Positions 13,753 through 28,356 of a DNA stretch of 64,000 bases are shown piece by piece; position 1 is the stretch's first letter, and every line of letters starts with the position of its first letter. The DNA lies in assembly GCA_964016885.1 (NCBI GenBank), contig OZ024743.1, positions 241,924,001 to 241,988,000 on the forward strand, read 5' to 3'. This DNA is from Eledone cirrhosa (taxonomy: Eukaryota). A program made the translations under genes and the position numbers. Under the pieces are notes generated by a model. It was not told the DNA's origin and made no database searches. It was given only the letters and a program-made list of their open reading frames with translations.

Positions 13753-14160
13753 AGGGCGGTGGATTGGCAGTATCGGTAGAGCGTCGGATACCATGCTTTG
13801 CAGCAAAGTGTTATGGCCCTTTATGATCTGAGTTCAAATCCCACCGAGGTTAACTTTGCCTTTCAGTTTTACGGGGTCGATAAAATAATGTACCAGTCAC
13901 GTACTAGGGTCGATTTAATCGACTTTCCCCTCCCCCCAAATTGCTGGCATTGTGCCTATATAAGAAACCATTATTATGATCATCATAGGGCGGTGGGTTG
14001 ACAGTATTGGTAGAGGGTCGGAAGCCATTATTTGCAGCAAAGAGTTACACCCGTTTACGGTCTGAGTTCAAATCCCGTCGAGGTAAACAGGGTCGATAAA
14101 ATAAAGTACCAGTAATGCACTGGTATAATTGCTGGCCTGTGCCAAAAGTAGAAACAATTA
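13753..14160 (+). mobile_element. Two tandem SINE family 1 copies (13753-13972, 13988-14160)
   Basis: GGGCGGTGG(A/G)TTG heads, B-box and central core. Confidence 0.85.
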
Positions 14161-14569
14161 TTATGATCCTCATCGTCATTATCATATTGACTTATCCTTA
14201 TCACCATCGTCACCATGATACCGTCATCGCCTTGATCATCATCCTCAGAACCATCATCATCACAAACATCTTTACCAGCACCACCATGGCTCTCACCATC
14301 ATAACCATCATCAACACCACTATTATCACCATCGTTATCATAACAATGATCCTCACCATCATCCACTTCCCCGCCATTGTAAACCTCAACTTTTTTGGTC
14401 TCTTTGCCAATCTGTTCTTCATTTTCTTTCTTTACATTCAACATTTTCATTTCAGCTTGGTTGCGATATTATTTTCGTTTGTTCAAATTATTTCTTTCCT
14501 CGTCGTTCTCCTCCTCTTTCTTCTCCCTTCTCTTGTTTCTTTTTATTCTTCTTAATCTTCAAATTCTTC

Positions 14570-14985
14570 GTCTCATTACAGAGTCAGACAAAATGGTTTG
14601 CTGTATTAATTCCGGCTCTACCTTAATATTTCCGAATTTCCGAGGTCAATAAAATGAAGTACCTGGGTAAAAATGGAGTCGATTTAACTAATTTTCCCTT
14701 CCCTGCAGATTGCTGATCTGTACCAATGTTAGAATTATGTTATATTATTACTATTTTTTTTTTACGTGGTAGACCGATTGGCAGAGTGATTAGAATATTG
14801 GGCAAAATGTTTGCGACAATTTTGCTGGCTCTTTACGTTCTGAGTTCAATTCCTGGTGCGATTGGCTTTGTCTTTCATTCTTCCGAGAGACGATAAAATA
14901 AAGCATTAGCAAAACACTAGGTTCGATGTAATTAATTCATTTTCCCCCACAAAATTACTGGTCTTATGCCAGACTTAGAATTCAT
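14570..14985 (+). mobile_element. Diverged SINE family 1 copies
   Basis: TTCTGAGTTCAATTC...TTTCATTCTTCCGAGAGACGATAAAATAAAG, plus an upstream fragment. Confidence 0.6.
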
Positions 14986-15170
14986 TAGTTTTTGCCAGTA
15001 TTATTTATATTGTTATTGTTAGTATTATTGTTTGATACGGATGTTATTGAATCAGTGCAGTCAACTTTAAACGTTCATGTTATTTTTTTTATTTCTAAAC
15101 TGTTTGTAAGTACAAGTTTCAACGTTAATAAGTGTGCCTGTATATCTGCCTGTGAATGTGCGTGCATTCA

Positions 15171-15253
<83 letters not shown>

Positions 15254-15270
15254 TTATGTATATATATATA

Positions 15271-15350
<80 letters not shown>

Positions 15351-15590
15351 GATATGTATATATATATAATATTATTTAACTGCATACACGGAAAAAATAT
15401 TGTATATAGATGTATATACATGTGTGTGTGAGTGTGTTTGTGTGCGTGCGTGATAAAAAGTGAAAGAAGCAGGTAATTTTTTTTATATATATATACATGC
15501 AAATTTACAGCATACAACAAAACTGATTTGTTTTTATGTGTGGATATACATGTGTAGATATACATGTGTATATACGTATGTGTATATATT

Positions 15591-15749
<159 letters not shown>

Positions 15750-16373
15750 TTGTGTGTGTGTTAATATGTGCGTATATGTATGTGATTCTTTGTACGTGTG
15801 TTGGTGGGTGGGACGGAGAAGGTGAGAGATTCTGTTTGGATTTGAAGTTTATTATTTTGTTTATTTAATTTTTATGTTTCTGAAAGAGTTGTATTTTTTG
15901 CTACGAATTCTTTCAACTGTGTTTATTGACTCTCCGTGGAAATTACGTGTAGGCGGTGAAAATGTAATTAAGCATAATCAAGCATCACCTTAAATGTGCA
16001 ACATCAACAAAAATATGTGAAATATAGCTGGAATGTTCTTTTGATTCTTCATTCATTGAGACATCGTTCTGCTTGCTGGCCTGCTTGCTAGTTGTTATCA
16101 TAACTGAAGAAACTGTATGTATTCCAAACATGAGCAGCTGTTCCTGTAGTTATTAAGTATTTTCATGAGTTGATGATTTGCTCACTCTTTAAAGAAACAC
16201 TCTACTGTTCGATACGTTTTATATATGTATGTTTGTATGTATATAGGGAGGTATTTATTTATCTATGTATATATATATATATATATAGGAAGAGAGTCAG
16301 GACCCCGACGGCTGAGCTCCGACCGTTTCAACAGCTAGATTCGAAATGCAACTATCGTCTTACATAGCTGTGT

Positions 16374-16438
<65 letters not shown>

Positions 16439-16440
<2 letters not shown>

Positions 16441-19156
16441 AACACAGGATCCTACACGATGAGCCGTGAGCAGTGAAGAACATGACTAATGCTACAGTAG
16501 GATGAGTGGGTTTTGTTTTCAGCGCCAAGCCAATCTATTGGTGAGGGAAAAAATACCCGTCCCCCCGCGAGTGTTGAGGGCAACCTTCAATGGAAACCCA
16601 AGACTGACAGTCATCTCATCCTATAGTCCAACCGTGGGAGACAGTGATGTGAGTGCAGAAGAGTTCCATGAGGAGGTGTGTAGAGCTGTCAACACCACAC
16701 AAGCTCTGGGGAACTTCAATGAACATCTGAGTAAGGAGAGCAGTGAAGATCCTTGCTGGTACTTCCATAACTACAGCAACCGAAATGGAAGATTACTGAG
16801 AGACACCCTGCTGGAGGCGAACTTGATAGCAACCAGCCTAAGGTTTAGGAAGAATCCGGGGAAGATGTGGACCTACATCTCAGATATGCACCTGTCAAGT
16901 CCCAGATTGATTTCATTCTGGTGAGGTAAAAGTGGCGGAATAGTGTTCTGAACACAGAACCATACAACTATTTCAGTACACTGGTCAGTGACCACCGGCT
17001 TGTTATGAGTGAGGTCGGGATGAGCTTAAGAAAGAGCAAGGCTCAGCCCCGGAGAGCAATCTATGACTGGGGAGCTTTCAAGGAAGATGATAGCTACAGA
17101 AGTTCACAGTAGAAGTGAGGAACAAGTTCAGTGCTCTGTGTGGAGAGACAGAGGAGAGAGAGATTGGAGGGACTGAGGAGAGTGTTACGAGGTACGGGTA
17201 CTTCGCCAATGCAGTGGTGGAAGCAACTGAGACCCTGGTCCCGAGGAGAAAGAACAAAAGGAGCACGTCAGCTCTACAAGCCCAAATGTGTGCAGCCAGA
17301 TAACACCTGAAAGCTGCCAAGGACCAATTCTATGCTGATCCTACGGAGGAGAGGATGACGGAAGAACTCTGTACCGCTTACACTGAGGCCAGAGAGGAGC
17401 CTCTGATAGAGAAGATCAGAAGTGTGGAAAGAGCGGTTGGCAGGTCTGGAGGTAAAGAGATCTGGATGATCATCAACGAGATCACAGCGAGGAAGAGAAG
17501 GTGTTCGAGTCAGATCCAGGGAACAGGGCCCGAGGATAGGAAAGGGAAATGGCTGGACCATTTTAGGATCCTACTAAGAGAGCCGCCCTCCACAGCCCAG
17601 AACACTGGGGAGATCAGGCGGCCGTTTGAGGAACTGGATATTGAGACAGGGGCCTTCACCAGGCAGGAAATTCAGAGAGCCAAGAAGAAGATCAAGGAGG
17701 GCAAGACTCATGGAGAAGATCGAGTGGCATCAGAGGTGATGAAGAGGTGTGATTTTGATATCATCCTAGAGTTCTGTAACCAGGCACTGGAGAAAGGTGT
17801 TGTCCCGAATCAGGAGAGGATCAGTAACATCGTCCCAGTGCCAAAGAAGGGAGATCTCTCTAACAACAACAACTACAGGGGGATCTCACTGACGTCACTC
17901 GTGGTAAAGACCCTCAACAGGATGATTCTTAACAGGATCCAGCCCGAGATGGAGAAGAAGCTCAAGGACAACTAGAACGGCTTCAGAGAGGGAAGATCAA
18001 CCACCAGTCAGATCCTGATGCTGAGGAGGATATGAGAGGGAGCTAGAGTAAAGTGCCTTCCTGTGGTCATGGTTTTCATTGATTTAGGAAGCCCTGTGAT
18101 TCTGTGGACCGTCACTGCCTGATTAAGATCTTATATGCTTATGGAATCCCCAAGAAGATAATGGACCTGATATCACTGCTCTACACCAACACCAAAGCTC
18201 AAGACATTGCACCTGATGGGATGACAGAGTTCTTTGCGATACTGGTTGGAGTGCTCCAGGGAGATACTTTGGCTTCTTTTTATCATCGTATTGGACTATT
18301 GTATGCACCTTGGGCTGGAGAAACACCAGGACTCTGGCTTTACTGTAGCACCGGCTCAGAGCAGAAGAGTTAATGCGAAAAAGATATCGGATGCTGAATT
18401 TGCCGACGACATAGTTTTGGTGACAAATATAATGAAGGAGGCAGAGAATTTGATGCAGGAGGTGGAGACTGTATCGAAGAGAGTGGGCTGAGAATGAATG
18501 AGATAAAGACGAAATATCTGGTAGAGAATATTAAGAAGCCACAGAAGATTACTAATGTAGGCGGGAAGCCGCTAGAATTGGTTGAGGACTTCCTGTATTT
18601 AGGAGCAAAGATTGGGAACACGGAAGATGATGTGGTTGAGAGGAAGAGCAAAGCTTGGGCGGCGTGCCACAGCTTGAGATCGGTGTGGAAGTCGGACCTT
18701 CGTAAAGACATGAAGATCTGCCTCTTCGTTGTTGTAGTGGAGTATGTGCTGTTATACGGGTCTGAGACTTGGACACTAACCAGGAAACTCACTCAGATGG
18801 TGGATGGGTGCTACACGAGAATGCTGAGGATGTCTCTGAACATTAATCAGTATACACTGAGGATAAAGAACTCAGAGCTGTACGGGAGCCTTCCAAAAGT
18901 CAGCTCAAAAGTAACACAGAGGAGACTGAGGTTAGCTGGACATGCTCATCGACATCCAGAGTTGACACTGCACTCAGTCCTCCTGTGGGAGGCCCTGCAA
19001 CGACACACTGGAAGTGGAAGACCGAGGTTAACATATGATGATGCCCTAAGGACAGACACTGGTCTGTTGGAGACGCAGGACATGGCAACGATAATGAGGG
19101 ACAGAGACCGTTGGAGAGAACTCGTCCATGGATCTCTGGAATTTTACCCGTCCTAG
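16439..19156 (+). mobile_element. 5'-truncated RTE-clade LINE (APE remnant and RT), decayed
   Basis: YSPT, SDH region, YRGISLTS, GVLQGDTL, FADDI, LLYGSETWTL, RRLRLAGH; (GATA) tail; inserted in (TA)n. Confidence 0.92.
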
Positions 19157-20184
19157 ATAGATAGATATATATATACACACAGTTATGTAAGACGATAGTT
19201 GCATTTCTACTTCGTCAGCCACCTTGCTTACAATACAGTTTCGTGTATTAAGGTGGTATTGTTCTTGTAATGCTAATTTACGCAACAGATCGGATGACCG
19301 TCTGTTGGAAAGATTCATGTAAGACAATAACAAACCAAAACAAAAGAGGTTAGGAAAAATTAAATTTGGCTTTCGGAAAGAAATGACAGTAGCTTACGCG
19401 GTATAGATGCAGTTGTCGTCCTGTGCGCACTTCCCGCTTATACTATATCTATATCCACGCCAACACGGATCTTTCCATCGGTTAAGAATATCATTTTTAT
19501 GTATTGTTAGAGTAGTTCTATTTAATGCTAATACAGGTGAGGATTCTCGTTGCTATAAAACTATGTTATGCCTATACAGAAGGCTTGTGTATCCTTTCTA
19601 TCAACATCACCTTGAATTCTCGGCTGCTTTTGATGAAGATGTGTCAATTTCATTTTCTTGAAAGTCCTTTGAACAGTTTTCAAGTTTTTCCGTTGAAGAT
19701 TGTTTTGTCAGCTGTCCATACATTTTGAGAGGACTGCATTTTTTTGTCAATTAATGACTGTATATCTGTATTACTTTCATTGAACCAATTTTGATGCTTA
19801 TGTTTGGCAGATCTAGAATTTCAAGTAAAGAAGAATGCATTGTATCCTTGACATTTTTTCACTATTTTTCAATACTTTCTGAAATTTCAACTCTTTCAAG
19901 CTACATGTTGAGCAATTGGTATAACCTAGCTTCGCTTTCAGCATCAAATAACCGAACATTTATTCGTTTAAGAAATTTTGCATTGTGTCTTCTATAGTTT
20001 ACCCAAAGTTGAAATGTTAGCTTACAGCACAATAGAGAATGATTGGATAACCAGCGTGTGCTATGGAAGGAACGAGTATGAAAGATATCATATTGATGAC
20101 ACATTTTTGTTAAAATCTATTCAGTCAAATGTAAAGGCATAACATAGATTTAGGTATAATATACTACAACAAAAAAGACGCTGT

Positions 20185-21260
20185 AGAAATGTGTGACTAG
20201 CAAACCGCGACCACACCTGTTCACCGCTGAGGTAAAGACGGAAATAACGTAGCGTGAGATCATGTTTGCGCATCATCACCCTCAACACACCCAGCCCTCC
20301 ACTCAGTGAGTATGGCAACAAATGCACCACCGGACCATTGGCACGCGTCCCTTCCACAAAAAGAAAAATAAACAAATAATCCAGTGCAGTCAGACGTGGA
20401 AATGGCCATGACACGACGGTCGATCGTTAGTAGATGTCGGATGCGATGTATGTGTTCACCACTTCTGCCCAGCCGTTCAGAGATAGCTCCCTCTCTGCCC
20501 ATTTCTGTGTGAAAATGGCCACCCTTTTCGTTAACTCATGCTAGTTTTTGTCGATGTCGACACGGATCTTCCACATACTGGTTCGTGTGGGATAATTCCC
20601 AACGTATCGAATTTATGAAGTAGTGGCTTATAAAACAGAGACAAAGGGGGACAACCTTGGCGAAGGGAGCGTATGATGTTGAATGGTTCCAAGAGGTGGC
20701 CGTTCATTCTAACAGTAATCCATCCTCTGAATAAATACACGAACCCTACCTCCATAAAGAAGACCCCTAGGTTGCAATGGTCTACCCTATCGAAAGTTTT
20801 TGACTGATCTAAGTTGATCAGGGCCCCATTCGTACCAGGTACCTTAGAAACCCTCTCTCTTATGTATAGCATAAGTTTGAGATTGTCGTGAATGGGTGTA
20901 TCCGGAATGGCACATGTTTGCGCATGTCCTACCAGATCACTAAGGATAAGTGCCAACCTCGTCGCTAAGACCTTGACTAAAATTTTTAATTCTGCGTTTT
21001 GCAGATTTATGGGACTGAAATTATCTATATGGTTCCTTTTGCTCGGATTATTTCTCAGCAACGCCTCTGCCTCTCGGCTCACAGACCTGCGAATTCTCCT
21101 GTTCTGCTGCCATTTGGCTTAGAAGGCCGCTAAGATGTCAACGAACAAATCTGGCATGTTTGTGTAAATCTCGTAGCAGACCATCCAAACAAGCGATTTG
21201 CCCCTTGAGCAGTTACTCTATCGCATCCCATATTTCGAAGACTGTTATCGGCTTTTCGTA
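20185..21260 (-). mobile_element. Old internal RT fragment of the Tx1/L1-like family
   Basis: AQTCAIP, GALINLDQSKTFDRVDH, RQGCP and GGLG motifs matching copies B-D. Confidence 0.88.
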
Positions 21261-21396
21261 AAACGGAAGTAACCAATTGCGTTGGGGTATTTTGTTTGTA
21301 AAATAGTGTATTATTCTTGTGTGATGTGTATGATCTGTTTGCATGTGGACAGTGTATACTTTATGAGGGTTGAGGTAATCAGCTTCTGTCATTGTG

Positions 21397-21465
<69 letters not shown>

Positions 21466-21480
21466 TATAATTATGTACAT

Positions 21481-21838
21481 ACTATACCACCCGTGACCCG
21501 TTGGGTCACGTTCCCTTCAAAATATTTATTTAAATCATGTTCACTGAAAAATAATTTTGGAATAATTAAAATATACATAGATATTGTATATAATGTTCAC
21601 ATTATATACAATGAAACTGGAAGGCCCATATATATACGTGTGTGTATGTATATATAAATGTGTGTGTATACATATATATATATATATGCATGTGTGTTTA
21701 TATATATATATATGTGTGTAGTGTCTGTGATCTATATACACTGGTCATAGACAGACACACACATATACATACACACATATATATATACAGACACATATAT
21801 ACATACACACATATATATACAGACACACACATATACAT

Positions 21839-21880
<42 letters not shown>

Positions 21881-22220
21881 TCACACATACACAACAACAA
21901 CACCAGCTCTCTCTCTCTCTCTTCCATTCTCCTTCTGTCTCCTCTCCCTCTCTCTATGTCTCTCTTTCAATCTGCTCTCTCTCACAACTACTATCTCTTT
22001 CTCTCTATCCTTCTCTCTCTCTCTGTATATGAAGGTACCCGGAAAAACCCCATATCTCGGGAATCCGTGTACCGATTTATGCGAAACTTGTTTTATTCAA
22101 TTTGTATTCGCATTTGAGGGTCAACTTCCTTTCAAAGTATTTTCCCATTATGCGCCCTTTTGGCTGTATTACATTAGAGACAAGCAAGCAAGCAATCACA
22201 GTCTTTTAGTATTATATAGA
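21481..22220 (-). mobile_element. Non-autonomous Helitron-like element
   Basis: 5' TCTATATAATACTAAAAG at 22220; 3' hairpin CGTGACCC/GGGTCACG followed by ATAGT at ~21481; 22030-22220 is homologous to 61070-61236. Confidence 0.65.
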
Positions 22221-22323
22221 TGAATGTATGTATGTATATACGTATGTACGTATGTATGAGTGTGCATATATATATTCAAATATACAAACTACATTCTTTC
22301 TCTCCTTCTGACACTTCTAACTC

Positions 22324-22582
22324 TCAGGTGCGGTGGAAGCATTCCTGAATTGAGGGGTGGGGTGCAAATTTGGACAATTTAGTTGTGTTGATTAGTTTAG
22401 CTCTTTGCATTCTAATTTGTACTCTAAAATGGTAAGAAAACTTCGATATGCGATAAACATAACATGTACATAAATTGTAGCACATATCCAAATAGATGTG
22501 TGTTTTGGTAGTTTGGGGAGAAAATATAATTATTGGAGGGAGGGGGGAGGTAATCACCCACCACACATTTCCACCACCATGT
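22324..22582. mobile_element. MITE-like element with imperfect TIRs
   Basis: CAGGTGCGGTGGAA ... TTCCACCACCATG; a similar right end recurs at 28806-28880. Confidence 0.45.
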
Positions 22583-22689
22583 ATATATAAATAATTAAAA
22601 AAAGAATATACTCTGTGATTTTTCCTAGGCGGGGGGGGGGGGGGGGGTTAATATATCGAGCCACTTCGCATTCGGTAAGAAACTGATAT

Positions 22690-22990
22690 GTCTATCACAC
22701 AAAACTCTCTTTTAATCTACCCTCCCCTCGCTCTTTATCTACTCATATCAAACTCTATCCCTCGCTATATCTATTACGTCACAGCCTTTCTTATCCCCCT
22801 CTCTATATCTAATACTAATACACTCTCTCACTCTCTATAAATATCTACACTTATCTCTCACAATCCCCTCTGTATATCAATCACTCATAAACTCTTACCC
22901 CTTCTATATCTAATACATGACACTCGCCCATTATCCGTCTCTGTATATTTACAACCACCACATTCTCCCTCTCTATATCAATTACCACTT
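22690..22990. repeat. Degenerate C/T-rich minisatellite, left part; interrupted by LINE copy C
   Basis: Recurring CTCTATATCTA...ACTCTC units that resume at 28357-28806. Confidence 0.7.
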
Positions 22991-22999
22991 GATATAGAC

Positions 23000-25900
23000 G
23001 TGATTTACTTTGCTCCGGATTTTTACGGATTGTTGTAAAAAAAACTGTGAGTTTATTGCTCAATTTAATAACATTGTTTAGTTTAACCCCTTACCTGGGC
23101 CGTCAGACGTTGAGTCAACTAATTTTCGCCCCTTTCTGGGACGAAATTTTCAATTTTCATCTAAAAACTGTAGACTTGGTGGCAATGGATGCCATTTCCA
23201 CCTCGCACACTGTTGTGAGTGCCACGCCCACTAAGAACAGTGGTGGAGGGAAGGTAGGAGTACAAAGCTTGCAGCCTTCCCCCCTCACATCATCGAAAAA
23301 CGTGAAAAATATCGAAACCACGAAACCAAACCCGGTAAATAATACCAGCACCAACAACAAGAACAATGACAATAACACCACAACCAACAACTGCAACAAT
23401 AGCAACACCAATATTACCAACAGTGACAGTAACAAAAAAGACAACAACACCAAAACAACATTCGCACAGACCGTAAAAAAAAACGAACTATACACGCCAA
23501 TAGACATAACAACTATTACAAGACGCAAAACAATTCGTGACTTTTGGCGAAAACGGTGCTTTTAGCATCAATTCTCCACAGGAATTACGTAGAGAGGCTG
23601 TCCTGAAAACTGTGGTTTTCAGGACAATATCGAACGAAACAAGAAAACTAGCTCAATTATCACAAAATGAAATTGGTCTGGTTCTAAAAGATGCAATGAA
23701 GGACTTAACATTCATACAAAAAGGTAAACTGTTTGGTAGCATTTCGGTGCTAATGAACAACCAGTCAACAGCTCAAAAGTACTCGGTACACCGATTGTGT
23801 CCCCCCGCTTCACCTTTTACCCCACATACAGGGGAAAAAGGACACAAAGAATAAAAATAATGAGTATCACACCAAATGTAAATATTTGGTGGATGCTATG
23901 TGGAATAATTAACTTTGACGAAGACAAGATAATTTCAATAGGAAAGTCCTCCGGAGGTGTATTTGGTGGGACCAGCGTAGAAGTTCTGGTGCAAATGAGC
24001 CCAGAACGAATAGCGAATATCCCACAACGCGTGCCTCTGGACGGGCTAACTTATATAAACATTTCAGTGGAGGGAAGGCGGCCGTCATCTTACCACTGCT
24101 TAAGCAGGGGTCACCTGAGGGCTGCCTGTCCTCAATTAACGAGTCAAAAAAAAGGCTCTTCTGCCAACCCCGAACACAACACAACCACCACCACCACCAC
24201 TACCACCACCACCACCACAGCAACAACAACAACAACAACACCACGGAAAATAACAACACAAAACACTGTTCCACCCAACCCCTCCCCACCTAAAACAAAT
24301 ACAAAAGCAACCACAACAAAACCCCAAAATATACCCCTCCCCAACAACACGGAAGAGGACTCCGTATCAACGTCACCCAGTGACGACGAGGGAGAACCCT
24401 TTCAACAGGTGAAAAGGAAAAAAAAAAGGCACCACATTAACAAAAATGCAACAAACACACAACCACCAGCACAAACAGAACAAACATCACAAATAAAAAA
24501 AACCACCCCTCTCCAAAACATAACACGTACTACAAAACGCAAACACGCACAAGAACAACAAACAAAGACAAACACAACACAACAAAAACTCTATACATAC
24601 ATTAACAAGAACAATAAAGCGTTGATGAAAGCGATAGAAAATAACCCTTCGGTGGAAACCGAAGGGATCACTTTCACCTACGCAGCGAACAAACCGCACT
24701 TAATGATGATTAGGGTCCCAACGGAAACCTATGTAACTTTGAAAAAGAACCATCCAATGCATGTGGGGACCAACTGCACCAAACCACATAACAGCGTCCT
24801 ATTGAGATGTTTCCCCACCCCCACACCAGACACCCACACCCCACCAAACACCCTAATCCCACCACACACTGATGTCCTCACCCCACCACAAACCACCACC
24901 CCACCAAACAACCCTTCCAACACCCCCATGGAAATTGTGCAGCCTGGTCTCCAGGAGACGAAGAAGTAAGTCATTTCCTTTCCTCTTCCTTTTTACCTCT
25001 TCAGCACCAACATGGCCAATATAAGAGTTGTATGTGTGAATGCACGCGGCTTAGGGATGTCCTGGAAACAGGGCAAACTCTTAAATGACCTCAGGGTCGA
25101 TGTAATGGTTATTTGCGAGTCCAGGATCAGCAGCGAGCGCCAACTGGCCCCCATCTTCGACGACTTTGAAATCTACGCATCTCTCTGTCAGCCGAGGGGT
25201 GGGGGTGGGGTTGTCGTTCTGCTGCGAACATACCTGGGTCTTGCCACACAGAAGGTACACCTGGACCCGGAGGGTCGACTGGTGGTTTTAGACGTCGGCA
25301 GTTGTGAAGGTGGAGCTTTCAGGATGGTGGCAGCGTATGCCCCATCTGGGTCACCGCGACCGGACTTCTTCCGACGCCTGGAGAATTTCCTGGGAACGTC
25401 TCGCTCCTTGCTTTTAGTGGGGGACTGGAATGGTATCCTGGATGCACGTTGGGACTATGTAGGGGCATGTCCCGATAGAGGGGTGGTGTAACAGCCTCAA
25501 ACGATTAATCGGCCGATTTGATCTGGCCGATAGATATCGACTAGATTTTCCGACTGTGCAACGGTGGACGTGGAGTAATCGCAGCGGAACATCTAGGTCG
25601 TACCTAGATAGGTTCCTAGTTAGAAATAAGGATAGGGACATATTAAGCTGTCCACGAATGTTCATGGTTGACTATTCGGATCACAAGTTGGTGACCGGAG
25701 TGGTCAACCCTTGATAGAACTCATAGACAGGGATCCGGTTACTGGAAGCTAAACTTGTCTTTACTGACAAACAAAGCTTACAGTAAGCGGATTAGCACAC
25801 TAGTGACAGAGGCAAAAAGTGGAAACAAGTCCACGATTAGGTCTTTGAAGGACCAGGATGGAAGCGTGATCCTTGAACCTGAGCGGATGAGCGCGGCCTT

Positions 25901-28356
25901 TCAACGGCGCTTTGCACGATTGTTCGGGAGGGGCGGCGGGCCGGGTGAGGCCATTGGTTTCGGTCCATACCTCGACGGTCTGGCGCGGCTCTCGGACGGG
26001 GAGGCGAAGTCCTGCGAGAGGCCGATTTCAGCCGCTGAAATAGGGGAAGCGCTGAGCCAATGCGTCAAACGCAAATCTCCGGGTCTCGATGGTCTACCAT
26101 ACGAACTTTATGTAGCGATGCCGGGATTGTTCTCCGGTCTCCTTGAGGCGGTCTACTGCAACTGGCAACAGAATGGGAGAATTCCCAGTTCTGTGACCAA
26201 GGGCGTAGTCACGCTGGTGAGGAAGGACGAGAACAAGGGGGATGACATAGATAACTTCAGGCCCATAACTCTGCTAAACACAGAGTTACAGATTTTGGCC
26301 AAGGTGTTAGTGAAGAGGTTGACGCTTGTCGTCGCGAACCTGGTTGGAGAAGCGCAGACATGCGCAATCCCGTCCAGGTCCATACACGACAACCTCCACC
26401 TCATGCTATATATCGTAGAGAGGGTAGGGAACGAACCCGGCTTTGGTGGGACCCTGATCAACTTGGATCAATCTAAGGCGTTCGATAGGGTTGACCATCG
26501 GTACCTGGATGCGGTGCTCGCGGCAGCAGGCTTCGGACCCGTTTTCAGGGGCTGGATTGCTGCAATGCACAGCAGTAACACCTGCTCGAGGGTCAAGGTG
26601 AACAGCTACCTCTCGGAGCCGTTCTAAATCACGCGATCCATTCGACAGGGATGCCCTCTCTCCTCCCTCCTGTATGTGCTGGCTCTCGAGCCACTACTGC
26701 GGAAGCTGGAGCTGTTGCAGGGCATCCCCTTGGAACCGGGATTGCGGAAAGCGGTGTCGGCCTACGCCGATGACGTGACAGTAATGGTGTCGTACGCCTC
26801 GGAAATCGGGCAGATCGGCACCTTACTGGAGGAATATGAAAGGTTCACGGGAGCCAAGCTGAACAGGGACAAGTCCGTCGGTTTGCAACTCGGGATGTGG
26901 AGGGGCAAAACGATGCCCTCCGACGGCATCGTCGGACGCTGGACGGAGGGACCGGACCTCCAGGTGGAGAAAAGCTGGGACGAGGTAACGGGCAAGGTGT
27001 TTGCACTCGCCCAGAAGTGGGCCGAGTGCAAACTATCCCTGAAAGGTCGAGCCGAGGTGGCGAACGCTTATATAGCGTCCGTCATCTACTACCGCTTGAC
27101 CGTCGTGCCTTGCCCAGAGAAAACACTCGCCAAAATGGAGCGCGCGCTCTTCCGATTTCTTTGGAAGAAGCGGGCTCCTTTGGTGAGAAGATCCATCTGC
27201 TGTCAACACCCTTCGAACGGAGGGCTGGGGATGCCGTGGCTGACGATGCGTAGACACGCACTAAGGCTACGGCACCACCAGGTATTCCTCACCGGTCAGC
27301 CGGTGTGGGCCCTGTTTGTGAGGCGAGCCTTTCCGAGACTCGTCTCACTCACCGAGCTGCAATCCTGGGTCAAGCAAAGACCGAGAAAAGTGGGCGACTG
27401 GCACATTGAATGTGCCCAGGCGCTCACGGCCCTCTGGCAAGCGAATCCGGCAATCAGTGGAGACTCAACCTCAACATTCTATAGAGGGTTGGTGCGCAGT
27501 AAGTGCAACGACGCTCTCGGAGAGGCTCTGGGCATGGAGGAAGACGAGCTGGCCAGTCTGTTCGGTAGGACGTTTGGCCCGGGACCGATGGACAACTTCC
27601 AAAAGTCCCTGGCTTGGCAATGTTACCGAGGAGCTCTACCCGTTCGAGACAAGCTCTACAGACACGGGCGCCTGGGTAGGGACCCCTCGAAGAAGATCTG
27701 TCCAAGATGCGTGCGTGACGAGGAAACCGTCGCACACGCATTCGTACACTGCCCGGGCGTTGCTGGCCTGTGGGGCTATGTAGAACGACTACTGTCGCGG
27801 GTGGGACCAATCCGGTTGACCACCGAGAACATTGTCACAATCAAACCGCCTCCCCCTTTCAAAAATGAAGGAGAGGCGGTTTTCCTCTGTGTGATAGCCA
27901 TGGCGAAAGAAGTTGTATGGTGGACAAGGTTGAAAGGGCTGAGGTCAGACACCTTTCTCTCCGGCCAACAACTGGTCTTTTTTTTCAAGTGCCACTTTAG
28001 AAGAATGATCAGAATGGAGAGAGTGGTGCTCTACCCCAGCAAGTTTTATGAAAGATGGGTGAAAGTAGCGAGAATGGCCCGAGTGAATGGGCCTTCTCTC
28101 TATATCAGCCTGTAGGTGAGAGAGGAGAAGAATGAGAAGAGGAAGGAAGCACCCGCTCTTTGTGATCCTGAAGAGGAGGGTTGCACATTTTTTCGGGGGT
28201 GTGTGCGACCCATGTCAACGCCCCTCCCTATTGAGGACATCGATTGTTAAATTTAATTTGTTATATGTTTGTTACACGTCTTTTTAAATGTATGTAAACT
28301 CCCCCCTTTGTATTTGTCCCAATCTTTGATGCCCTGGTGGCAAATAAATAGAAATA
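23000..28356 (+). mobile_element. Near full-length Tx1/L1-like LINE (copy C)
   Basis: Frameshifted ORF1 (23047-24969) with degenerate zinc knuckle YHCLSRGHLRAAC; ORF2 25012-28115 with APE, RT (YADD) and CPRC..H..HC motif; stops and an internal deletion near 25800. Confidence 0.94.

Noticed and set aside
19190-19222. Minus-strand CTGACGA-agta-GAAA hammerhead-like core
   Set aside because: There is no stem II and no stem I pairing
19230-20180. Possible decayed coding sequence (PLE N-terminus?) on the minus strand
   Set aside because: No convincing motif is visible by eye; it needs a translated search
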